From NCBI RefSeq assembly GCF_001194135.2, contig NC_068991.1, forward strand, positions 51,242,118 through 51,306,117: 64,000 nt of DNA, in the 5' to 3' direction. The position numbers and the translations under genes are program-made. The notes beneath the pieces were generated by a model. That model saw nothing but the letters and a program-made list of their open reading frames with translations, did no database searches and had not been told where the DNA came from. The stretch is from Octopus bimaculoides. Taxonomy: Eukaryota. Shown here one piece after another: positions 52,382 through 64,000 of this stretch. Positions within the stretch are counted from its first letter, which is position 1; the number at the start of each line of letters is the position of its first letter.

Positions 52382-52495
52382 GATCTCCTCTCCAAGGATG
52401 AAATGCTTCGCTACAATAAAACTGGAAGCATCACAACATCACATATCCATCTCCATGATGCTGACAATATTCAGTTGGCATGTACTTTATTTAAG
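52382..52495 (+). CDS. 114-bp coding exon [38 protein letters not shown], resembling the N-terminus of a MyTH4 domain
   Basis: Acceptor tgtttttgttcctttcaccAG (52380-52381) and donor AAG|GTAAG (52496), phase 0-0. Reads in frame after KRKSMQ. The pattern 'EML.Y.K...I.TS...L.....LAC.LFK' recalls the first MyTH4 helix; the domain call is by recall, not by HMM. Confidence 0.8.
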
Positions 52496-52618
52496 GTAAG
52501 ATTATTTACTTTCAAACTGGATTCACTCAATATATAAACTTTTCAAAGACCACTAATTGCAAGAATTTTGTTATCATCATAATCATCCTCATCCTCATCA
52601 TCATTATCATCACCATTA

Positions 52619-52668
<50 letters not shown>

Positions 52669-53089
52669 TAGTCTTATTTTTATCGCATGTTTTCACTGCA
52701 CTACCAAGCACAGCTCTGTATGCCTTGGGTATTATTATCATCATCATTTGAATCATTAGCACGCTGGATAAAATGCTTAGCAATATTTCTTCTGTTCTCA
52801 CGTTCTGAGTTCAAATTCCTCCAAAGTCAACTTTACCTTTCATCCTTTCAGGGTTGATAAAATAAGCATCAGTTGAATACAAGGGTCAATGTATCATTAT
52901 TATTATTATTGAGTGAGAGAGCAGTGCATGTGGTATTGAGCAGAATATTTGCTGTAGCCCATCTTCTATACCAAGACAAAACACTGTACATGATTACACT
53001 TCCAATCAATTTAGATCAAAAGCCATGATAGCCACTGCCTAGTATCATCATCATCATCATTATCATTTATGGTTTCCATTCATTATAAC

Positions 53090-53600
53090 TTTATTTCAGT
53101 TGCCTTAGTACTGGTCATCTTCTGGAGGACAAGAGTAGCAAGGGCACTTTTGTTTTGCTATGCATGCTAAAATTATCACCACATTAATTCATCTTAAATG
53201 GAGAGTGTTCTCTGTAGTATATGTGCTGTACCCATCAAGGTTATCTTTTGTAGTTCATGGAGATTGTAGTTACCAGGGAGTTGCTTAATATACTTCTCAG
53301 CTCCCTTCCTTATCATTCCTATGCACCAATTACAACTGGTAATATAATAGTATTAAGCTTCCACATTTTTGTGATTTCAATTTGCATATCTTTATAGTAA
53401 GAAAGCTTTTCCTATTCCTTTCTCAAGACATTTTGATCTTGTGGGATAGACATATCTTTTAACAGACAAGTTCCTCTGTTATAGTCCTTGATCACAATGT
53501 CTGGTTGATTGGAATCAATTTTTCTGTCTGTTTGGGGGCCCAATTAGAACTTTCTTCAGGTCAAGCAGCCCATTGTGCTCAAAAGATCTCTGAATAAAGT
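53090..53600 (-). mobile_element. 3' end of a non-LTR retrotransposon with a restriction-like endonuclease (R4/Dong/NeSL-type)
   Basis: Degenerate reading (stops/frameshifts) of 53194-53535: QTDRKIDSNQPDIVIKD...DMSIP...EKLSYYKDMQIEITKMWKL...PVVIGA...LQKITLMGTAHILQRTLSI*, a PD-(D/E)xK RLE motif. Confidence 0.85.
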
Positions 53601-55309
53601 TTGTTTAAGGATGATAAATGAAACATCCATGTATCCAGAGGTGAATTATTCAAACCCCAAAGAATTCCTCACAACACATGGCTATGATACCCCCCCCCCC
53701 ACACTTCTCCTGCTCATGATCAGAGATGCACATATTGTTAGCCATGAAGTGACAAGCTCAACTGGTTAAGATAAAGATACTGACAAGTAAGTCTGTGGTA
53801 TTGAGCAGAATATTTGTTATAGCCCATCTTTTTATACCAAGAAAAAACATGTACAGGATAACACTTTCAATTAATTAAGATCAGAAGCCATGAAACCCAG
53901 CGTCTGATACTGCAACAGGGCATATGGCCTTATTATTATTATTATTTATATTTTTAGGGTCAGTGGTATCAATTAACTCCCTCTCCTTTTGGTATCAATA
54001 AAATGAGTACCAGTTGAGCCCTTGGGTCAATGTAATCAACTAGCTCTCTCCTCACAAAATTTCAGGCCTTGTGCTTATTGGAGAAAGGATTATTATTGTT
54101 GTTATTGGCTCTCAAAAGGAACAATCAATTCTTTTTTATTGATTTTTAATCATAGATCTACTAAATCAAAGCTGATTAAGAGCTAAACAACTTAATTAGT
54201 CAAATTATTTTGGCCAAAATTTACATCAATTAAAATTTAAATGGAGACATGCAAAAGGATTTGATCTTCATCTTTGGTACTTATTGTTAATAGGAATTAT
54301 CTCTCTTTCATTATGGCTGCTAGCAGAAATGCTACCCTCTTTTACAGCTTTTTGCTAGTATATGTTGAATAAAAAAAATTCTAATGTGTAAATAACTTGT
54401 GCATTTTATATCTTACACATTTGTATGTAACTGAATGAACTTGAAGTATAAAATTTCTATGTAACTTTGATATGATAAATATAATGTGAAAATTTTCATA
54501 AATATTCTCAAAGTATCTCAAAGAAAAACTTTATAATCATGTATTTTTAATGAATTGAATAGTTAATTGAGAAAGAGCGAGAGAGTATTGCAAGGAAAAA
54601 AACTGAACCAAAGAATAAGAGAGAAAGGTTATAAGAATAGAGAAACAGAAAGACTAAGAGAAATAGAAGTGACAAATAAAGAAATGGAAAGAGAAAGAGA
54701 GAGAAGGGAGTAAGACATTAAAAACAATATTTCACAGAAGATTTTATCTTGTAGTGAATTAAAATTGAATCCTATATTTAAAATCTTCCATAATACAAGG
54801 AGCTTGAAAACCACATTTCAAGAATTTTTTTACACAATGTAGACTTTAATTATTACTTTTTCTTTTAGTCAATGTGCATACTTCTAACTAATTAATAAAC
54901 AGCTTTCGTCATTATTTTATAGAGAATTCCAATGATTAACAATTTTTTTCCTCACTACATTATGTTAACATGTATGTGACTGTGTATTCTTGAAGTAAAA
55001 GCATCCTTGAGAAATTTTCTAGCCCGTTTTCAGTCACCTCTACTTCTTATTGTTGAAACTCTGTAAAGCAGTTGGCATTAGGAAAGGCAATCAGCCATAA
55101 AGACCACACCAAAGCAGGTCTCACCAGTGCTGGGGCCATGTGAGAAGCATCCAGTCCACTCTGCAAAGTGGTTGGCATTAGGAAGGGTATCCAACCATAA
55201 AAACCATGCCAAAACAGACTGTGGAACTTGGTGCAGTACTTTGGCTTTCAGGCTCTGTCAAGCAACCCAATCCATGGCAGCATGGAAAATGGACATTAAA
55301 TGATAATGA

Positions 55310-55340
<31 letters not shown>

Positions 55341-57226
55341 CAACTTCAGTTCTTCACATATATGTTCTCTTTCAATCGATCACATCATCATACAATACCT
55401 ATACACCATTCTCTGTTTGAAATAGTTTAAAATGTTTTCCTAATATTTCAAATGATGCTCAGTCTCCTTCAATCTCATAGCCACATTGAACTATGTTTCA
55501 TTTGTCAAGCCAATAAAGGAACCTTGAGGGAGTTGCTCAACCTTCTAGAAATTGCAATTAAGTTTACCTTGTCACGCACTACTGTCTTAAAAAATATGGA
55601 GGTGACATTAAGTAGTATTAGATATAGTGAATAAAAGACAAGATGGTCACAGTTGGAATATTTTTGATCATAGGCTTGTCTGCTTTATCACTTCTATCCT
55701 GGGGTTAAATAAACAAAATCCACTGTTTTGTGGTTTATTTAGCTGAACAAATAAAGAAAATGTTCCACTTGTTAATATCATGATAGAAAAGAAAGCAACC
55801 TCTCTCTCCCTCCCTCTCTGTCTCTCTCCCTCCCTCTCTGTCCCTCTCCCTCCCTCTCTTTATATATAATGTTTGTAGGGAGGGGATATGGTTTATGATT
55901 TTTCTTGGGGAAGATGAAGGTAGTTGCCTTCTGTCAGTTCATTTAAAGTTTACCCTGTTAGTTTCCTGTTCTCCCGAGCTTACTCTTCATCCACAAGTTC
56001 TGTTTAACCTTTAGGGAAGGGAGATAATTCACATGATATCAGGATATGTCTACACACCTGTGGACTTACGTGATAGGTGCACAGGGCCAAGTCCACCTTT
56101 GAATTCTGTACATATCAGTCACAACCTAATTGTTTTATTGTACATGATGATCTTTAGGTTTTTTTAACCCAAACCCTTGAACACCTTATCAGCTGGGTGG
56201 AGAAAATTAACCCAATAAGTCATGCAGGAACAAGAAGAGATAGAAGTATGTATAATGCATGAAGAAGAAGAAAAAATATTCCAATGATTAGAGAAGAGAA
56301 ACTACTAACTTCACACAATATTTTGTCATTTATTTTACCTTTACTTTGCATTGCTTCGCTGCTTTTATTTGTATCCCCCAGTAATGAAACCTGAAGCCTT
56401 GTTCTGGGAAAGGTGTCTGTGTGTCCCCACACCTCCTTGGTCCATGAACTCCATAAACTGTCCTTTGAATGAAGAACTTTCCTTTCATCAAAACACTTTC
56501 TATTCATCAATAACTTCTCATTTTCTGTAAAAGCTTTTTTTTTTTCATGTTATTTTGTCCTTTTCTGTTTTAACACTAAATCTATAGTTTTGGAATAGCA
56601 TATCAATAAACCTCTTTAATACCTTGAGCAGATCAATCACTCAATAATGTTTGAAAAAGTTGGCTGAACTTAAATGGAGATAGAAAAATATAATTGATGT
56701 AATTTCTTAGTTTGTCTCCAACCAAAATAATTGGTTAGTTAAAGACAAAGCATGGGAAAAGTGTCTTGTGATGCTGCTTGTTAGGAAATCAAAGATTTAT
56801 TCCTTCATAATTGAAATTTCTGGTCAATAGTCATGGCAACCACAACAGTAATAAGTACAACAACAAAACAATGATGATAATGATAATGATAAAGATAATG
56901 ATAATGACAATAATTTTTGACATTAATAATGATCTGATGATAAAAATTATAATTCTAATCACAAATAATGTTGGTAACATTAAGAAAATATGTTTAACAA
57001 TATTTATTTCTTGTTGGTTTGGAATCATTGAAAGGAAATGGAATATTCCATCAAAATATTGGAAAATTACTGTGCTGTGAATCAGGTGCTATAGAAAACT
57101 GTACAAGGTGAAATGATTGAATTTGACATACTTTTATTATTGAAAAGTTTTTGCTGAACACGAGAATATGTTGGCAAGGGATTTTCATTGACGTCAGAGA
57201 GGTTGTTTCCCTATATGGAAAAAATG

Positions 57227-57277
<51 letters not shown>

Positions 57278-57832
57278 GTTATTATTATTATTATTATTAT
57301 TTCCTGTGGCTAAACATAAGACTGCCTTCAGGAAATGAGGAGGACTATGTTCAATTAAATTAACCCTAGTATATTACTGATTATTATTTCATTAACCCTG
57401 GCATGACAAGAAATAAAGTCAGCCCTAACAGTTGTATTTATTTTTAATTTTACTTCAAATGGTGGGCACTAGTGTTGTTGCAAGTTTTCCATCAGGCAAA
57501 TCAGAGGCTCATTGTATTTATGATAGCAATGCTGGCAGGAAGTTTCTGCAAGTTGGTGAAGAACAAACATCACAATGGAATTGCTTATGAATATATCATC
57601 CACCTATATCATCAGTAAATGATATTAATGCACACAAGTCTTGGTTTTTACACAGTTTCTGTCTCAGAAATTAGTCAAACCAAGGCTATAATAGACATGT
57701 GTAGACTAAAGGCTATGTGTAATGTGTTTGAACTTGGAGCCATGTGGTTGTGAACAAAATTTCTTTACTGCACATCAATGCTCTTTAGTGTCTGCATAAT
57801 CTCCACTGTTATCTATTGTAAACTAATGAGTA

Positions 57833-58175
57833 AAGGGATAAAGACCCCCTTCAATCATAAATGACCATGGAATTGCACCTAGAAAGTTCCCCTCTGAGGC
57901 ACAAGTCCAGGCAAAGTTGTTTGTGGAAGACCTGAAGTCACCTGTGCATACCAGCTCGCGTCTCCCCACCGCTGATGTTATTTAAGGAAAAGGCAAAAAC
58001 TGATACAGATTGGCACCAGTGATGTCATAACTCATTTCTACAGCTGAGTGAACTGGAGCAATGTGAAATAAAGTGTCTTGCTCAAGAACACAACACAGAG
58101 CCTGATCTGGAAATTGAACTCACTACTTGATGATTGTGGGCCCAACACTCTTACCACTGAGCCATGCACCTTCAC
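57833..58175 (-). mobile_element. tRNA-derived SINE, third family
   Basis: Reverse complement of 34338-34650. Confidence 0.78.
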
Positions 58176-58459
58176 ACTTGAAAGAGACTAATGAAAAAAC
58201 TCAATAAAAAGCATGAAATTTCACCAGAAATGAAAAATAAAGAATTTCTGGTGTTCTTTAAGAATTTGCTTAACTTAACATTTGGTGATTGTCCAGGTGT
58301 CATGACCTAATTGCATTCAGTAATATGATAATCCTAGGAACAGTTTTTGTAAAATAATCATTGATTCTTTAAGAGGCATTGTTTAGTTGGTAAATAACTT
58401 TGGTTTAGCTCCTCCAGTCAAGCAATGAGTATAATCTAGCAGGTATTCAGTTTGTAGGG

Positions 58460-58640
58460 ATGCTACATCATGACAACATGCCTGGTCATGCATCACTCCT
58501 TGTCAATGACATTTTGGTAAAGCACAAGGCAACTGTCATACTTCACCTGTTCTCTCTGGATTTGACCCCTACAGAATTAATTTGTTCCCAAACTTGAAAT
58601 CCACATTAAAAGGTCATTAATTTCAGACAATGGAAATTTT
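58460..58640 (+). pseudogene. Second mariner transposase fragment (catalytic C-terminal part)
   Basis: MLHHDNMPGHAS...FSLDLTPTE, then after a frameshift LFPNLKSTLKG. These are degenerate HHDNAPAH / YSPDLAP / LFPKLK motifs. Confidence 0.75.
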
Positions 58641-59774
58641 TAAGCAAGTTTGCCCTAACCTTGAAAATATATTTCAGTGCAGATTCCAAAACTTCAATGA
58701 CATTGGGAGGAGTGATATCATCAGTGGAGGGACCTATTTTAGAGGAGGGGACAAAGTTGAATAAATTTTTGTTTTTTAAAAAACTTGAATCCTTTTTTGT
58801 TTTGTTCCCCCTCCCTCTCTCACACACACTCGCTCTCTCGCTCTCTCTCTCTCTCTATATATATATCCTGTCCATCTTTGTATCATCTATCTGCCCAGAT
58901 GTTTTATTGTCTGTTGCATTCTTGTTCTATTTTTTTCATTTATATACATATATATGTGTGTGTGTGTGTGTGTGATGAGAAACCAATGGTAATTTTCTGA
59001 CCAACCATAACCAATGACTTCATACAGTCTTGTATTCATTCACAAGATGTGGATCTTGCCAAGGTGTAGTGAAAGTGACTCTTCCCCTGCTCCAGAGTAG
59101 AACTGAAAAGTGAACTTCTTAATTATTAAGCTATACTGTATCCCAGGGCCAATGAAAGCCTTATGAGTGGTTTTGGTAGATCAAGCTTGAAGAAACCTAT
59201 TTTATAAGTTTGTGTGTTTGTGTGTGTCACATCATAACAATTGTAAACAAGCATCACCATTATACATGCAGCAGTGCTTTTGTCTCCAATCTTCTGTGAA
59301 AGCCTGTTCAGCTATTGGAAATAGGTGAAGATTGGTGACATGAAAGGTATCCAGCTGTAAAAAATCTGCCTCAATGCATTCCATCTGACCCATGCAAGCA
59401 TACAAAATTGGACATTACACATGATGACGATGCTTTTCTGCACTGTTGTTCCATCCAGTCAAAGGTGATCATAGTCTTTCAGATTGCATGAAGACCTCAC
59501 AAGTTTAGCACCACAAAAAAGAAAAAGCACCCAAAGCATGATGTAAAGTGGTTAGCTTTAAAGAAGAGCATCCAGCCATAGAAACTATGCCAAAACTGAC
59601 ATTGAGGCATGTTGTAGTCTTCAGATCTTTTCAGATTCTGTCAAACCATCCAACTCATGCTATAGTCAATGACACTTGCCCAACATGCAGTGGGACTGAA
59701 CCCCAAACACCGTGATTACAAAGCAAGTGTCTTAATCACACAACCATGTTTGCACTTATATATATATTTTCTCT

Positions 59775-59989
59775 TTCTCTTCTCTTTTACTTGTTTCAGT
59801 CATTTGACTGTGGCCATGCTGGAGCACCGCCTTTTAGTCGAGAAAATCGACCCTAGGACTTATTCTTTAGAAGCCTGGTACTTATTCTATCGTTCTCTTT
59901 TGCCGAACCGCTAAGTTACAGGGACGTAAACATACCACCATCGGTTGTCAAGCGATGTTAGGGGGACAAACACAGACACACAAACATAT

Positions 59990-60058
<69 letters not shown>

Positions 60059-60178
60059 TATATATTACGGGCTTCTTTCAGTTTCCGTCTACCAAATCCA
60101 CTCACCAGACTTTGGTTGGCCCGAGGCTATAGTAGAAGACACTTGCCCAAGGTGCCATGCAGTGGGACTGAACCCACT
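59775..60178 (-). mobile_element. Young major-family SINE, head-truncated
   Basis: CpG-rich consensus with internal (CA)n(TA)n. Confidence 0.9.
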
Positions 60179-62109
60179 GAGTGACATATAGATATATATA
60201 CATAATGTCATAAATGACAGAGAAATAATTTGTTAAAATTGTATTTAACGATAAGAAAATTCTAATATCGCAACAAATTGTTTCGTAACTTAAAAACATG
60301 CAAATAATTTATATTATTATATTTAATAATAAATTACTTACATATCTGCATTAATGCAAAATGCAAAAATCCTTCAAAATAATGTAAAATTTAAGCTACG
60401 TCCTCAGGTGAGAGAAAGTCTTTGCTAAATACTAAATTACACACACACACACACACACACCACACACACACACACAGACACACACACACACACACACGCG
60501 CACACACAAAATGCAATTCTAATGTCCTTTAGCCTCAATATAATCCCCTTCCCTATCCCCCACTGACAATCAAGGTTGGTTGAGATTTGCCTGATATATG
60601 TCTCACATCTTCCCCCTCTGCCTTTCTTTTCCCCTCCCACCTGTATTCATTGACACTCTTACCCATCCAACCCTAACCACCTCTGACCTGAGATTTCAGG
60701 TGAACTGTTTCACTTGCCAAAACATTCAAATGGTCACCTGCCTGGACCAGACCTGATGTCATTTTGGTAAAACTGTATAAAACAATATCAAAAGAATTTT
60801 TTGTACAAAATATAAGGAAAATGAAATTTTCAGTATGGATGTAATATAGATATAACAATGAAACTGTAACAAAATATAAAATATTTTATATATCATCGAA
60901 AAGGGAAGAGATTTCTGAATTACCCTGTATACACACACACACACACACACACACATGCATACATATACATATCTGCATGCACACACATATATCTGTTTGC
61001 ACATATATATATGTGTGTGTATGTGCATGTATATATATATATATATATTTCTATATATATATGTATGTGTGTATATATGTATATATATATATACATGTGT
61101 GTGTGTATGTTTATATACACACACACGCACATATATTGTTTCTGGTAAATTAACAGATTTATATAAATATGTATCTAAATATATATATAAATCTATACAC
61201 ATATAATGTATACATACACACACACACACATACATATACATATTTATATATCAAATTATACATCAAAATAGCTTGTATTCATTATTTGTATATGTATGCC
61301 TAGATGTACATGTGTGCATACCTGTATAAGATTTCGTGTGTGTGTATGTATGTGTATGCATCCGTCTTTAATAGATTTCAGTGATGCTTCTACTAGAACA
61401 ATGTTAGTGAAGCTGCTATTAACAATCTTTGGATGTGATGTGTGTAGAGGGGAGAAAGGTTAACTAAATATGTGGATGCAATCGAGCATTGTGAAAGTGC
61501 CATGAGTGAGTGGAGGTGAAGTGAAATGTTCTCAAGGTAGTTTTCAGCATTGATTTGCTTACTACAAGGCTGAACCAGTCGATATAGCAGAGAAAGAGAG
61601 AGAGAAGAGCATCAATAAGTAGATTACTGCTGCTGCTGGATCTTCTCCATACAGTGAATAAACATTCATCATGTTGGTGACATATATTAATAGAACCAGA
61701 ATGTTGCATAGGCCTTCGAACTAGGACATAAATGCAATAGCACTAGGAAGTTGTCATGTTGTAATTAGAACATTAGTGTGGTACTGTAGTAGTAAAACTA
61801 TAGTATGATTGGGTCTGAGATGGGAAAATACTAATGATTGGGATTTAATACTTTCCACATAGCTGTGTCTTTTGCATGTTTAGGGAATTTTATACATGAG
61901 TAGCAACACTATTTTTTGATTGCATGCTCTTTTTCCATTACATAAACAGATATTCATGTCAGGTTCATCTTTTTGCTTCTTGAGAATATAGCTTTATATA
62001 TTACACACATATATACATATGCATGCATATATATATATATATGCAGTCACATATGCATACATATGTACATACTTACTGCACACACATATATATCATATAT
62101 ATATATCGT

Positions 62110-62490
62110 TAATCTTTTACTTGTTTCAGTCATTAGACTGTGGCCATACTGGGGCATTGCATTGAAGAAGTTTTAGTTGAACGAATCAACCCCAGTAACT
62201 TTTTTTTTTTTAAACTCTCATACTTATTCTATTGGTCATTTTTGCTGAACTGCTAAGTTACAGGGACATAAATGCACCAACACTGGTTGTCAAGTGGTAA
62301 TGAGGACAAACACAGACATGATTACGCACACACACAAATGGATTTTTTTTTCAATTTCTGTCAATGAATCCTCTCACAAGCCTTTGGTTGACCAGTGGAT
62401 ATAGTGGAAAACACTTGCCTAAGTGCCACACAATTGGACTGAACCCAGAACTATATGGTATAGAAATAAGCCTCTTACTACACTGCCATG
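62110..62490 (-). mobile_element. Older major-family SINE
   Basis: Degenerate reverse-complement match to the same consensus. Confidence 0.78.
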
Positions 62491-62538
62491 TCTGTGCCTA
62501 TATATGTATACATGCACACACATGCGCGCGCACACACA

Positions 62539-62581
<43 letters not shown>

Positions 62582-63092
62582 TATTCGGTAGTATTTTTTG
62601 TCTTCATGCAATGTGTAGTACTTATAACTAGAACTCTTATAATCTGTTAATAATGTGTAGAATAAAAATATTTCAATTAGTTGTGGTTAACAATTCTTTT
62701 TGTCCTTCAGATTTGCTAACTAAAACCTCTGTTTAACAAAAATTTTTGAGATAATGTAACTTTTAATCATGGACTGATAAAGATTATTAGCAAAGGCTGT
62801 AAAACAACTATAGATAAATAAAAGTATGGAAACTTAAGCGTCAAAGGAACCTCTACATGATTGCTCAACTTTCAGAAAAAGCAGCCAAAGTTCCCTCAAC
62901 TTGCATCATAATATCTTAAATACTGGAATGTTATCTTGGTTAATGTAGTCCGAGGCATATTGCTGAAAAGACAGGATGCTCTTGGCTGAAATGCCATTGA
63001 TAAATCAGCTTAAATTGATCTGATTAAGGTTAACAACAACAGTTAGAAAATCAATTGCTGCTCAGCATTTATTATTATTATGATAGTCATCG

Positions 63093-63618
63093 TCATCATC
63101 ATCGTCATTTAACGTCCGCTTTCCATGCTTGCATGGGTTGGACTGCACCAATCTCCTGTCTGATCTGGCAGAGTTTCTACAGCTGGATGTCCTTCCTAAC
63201 GCCACCAGCACGAAGGCCAGTCAGGCGGTACTGGCAATGGCCATGCTCGAATGGTGTTTTTTACATGCCACCTGCACAGGAGCCAGTCCTGCAGCACTGA
63301 CAACAACCTCGCTCAAATGTTGTTTTTCATGTGCCACCGGCACAAGTGCCAGTAAGGCGACGCTGGTAACGATCACACTTGAATGGTGCTTTTCATGTGC
63401 CACTGGTATGGGAGCCAGTCAGCGGCCCTGGCAATGATCCTGCTTGGATGGTGCTCTTAACATTCCACTAGCACGGATGCCAGTTGGGCAGTGCTGTCAT
63501 CGGCCACGTCAGCAAATTTGATTTCGATTTCACTTGCCTCAGCAGGTCTTTGCAAGCAGAGTTTAGTGTCCAATGAAAGAAAGGTATGCATAAGTTACAC
63601 CACTGGTATAGCCCACAG

Positions 63619-63620
<2 letters not shown>
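63093..63620 (-). mobile_element. RTE-tail retroposon with 4-5 tandem 66-bp units
   Basis: Same family as 39915-40297. Shorter relatives at about 6328-6560, 11405-11715, 27863-27990, 29230-29450, 32900-33110 and 55045-55330. Confidence 0.82.
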
Positions 63621-63668
<48 letters not shown>

Positions 63669-64000
63669 CTTCATCAGCATCATCATCATCATTATTTATT
63701 ATTATTATCAGTTCAAAATTTTATTTCCTCTAAGTGAAAGAGTCGGTCCTGACATGTTGGGTGTTTCCTCCTTGTACCAATGGGCTCAAGTTCATTAATT
63801 TCACTGAAAGAGGTTGATTGATAGATGAGCCTAAAAGGATTGAAGATGCTTTCCTCTTTGATCAATCTTCCACCTTCCTTTCTAAATTCCAGTTGAAAGG
63901 AATCTGTAAGTAGAAAGGGAAGTGCTCTCCACCAGTAAATTTGTTAAGAGTTGGGTGACAGTGGTAAAAATGGCAAGAGTGAATGGCTCTATTCTCAGTT

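Noticed and set aside
51858-52537. Tyr/Ile/His/Thr-rich ORFs
   Set aside because: Translations of TA/CA microsatellite; only 52382-52495 has splice signals and protein-like sequence.
52921-53905. Local direct duplication of about 110 bp (52930 and 53795)
   Set aside because: Best explained as two independent retroposon 3' ends rather than a functional repeat.
56220-56510. 96-aa minus-strand ORF
   Set aside because: No recognisable motif or splice context; length is compatible with chance or decayed TE.
63195-63505. CRISPR array or 22-aa repeat protein gene
   Set aside because: Units are homologous over their whole length with no unique spacers, lie inside a dispersed retroposon, and the ORFs are not conserved between copies.
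63720-63930. Minus-strand exon after a cttccctttctacttacAG acceptor
   Set aside because: No clear donor or homology; WRALPF..DSFQL resembles a decayed LINE 3' end, too weak to call.

Overview
Eukaryotic, AT-rich, microsatellite-saturated draft-assembly sequence with five N-gaps. The SINE/LINE families look octopus-like (inference from repeat consensus; no database used). The window is almost entirely intronic. Two supportable + strand coding exons of one large gene are visible: a 1434-bp, phase 0-0, polyproline-rich exon (18443-19876) and a 114-bp phase 0-0 exon (52382-52495). They join in frame across a 32.5-kb intron to give what resembles the start of a MyTH4 domain (unconventional myosin tail or related protein). 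The rest is decayed mobile DNA: a full-length mariner relic, an internally deleted Ty3/Gypsy element, RTE and RLE-type LINE fragments, a Merlin-like DNA transposon derivative with TIRs and an 8-bp TSD, hAT- and piggyBac-type MITEs, a Penelope-like remnant with a degenerate hammerhead ribozyme, and many tRNA-derived SINEs. The most unusual non-coding features are a CA array with seven ACTAAC (STAR/Quaking/branch-point) motifs just upstream of the large exon, and a 562-bp palindrome centred on (TA)n. No prokaryotic genes, CRISPR arrays, rRNA or bona fide tRNA genes were found. SINE boundaries are approximate.
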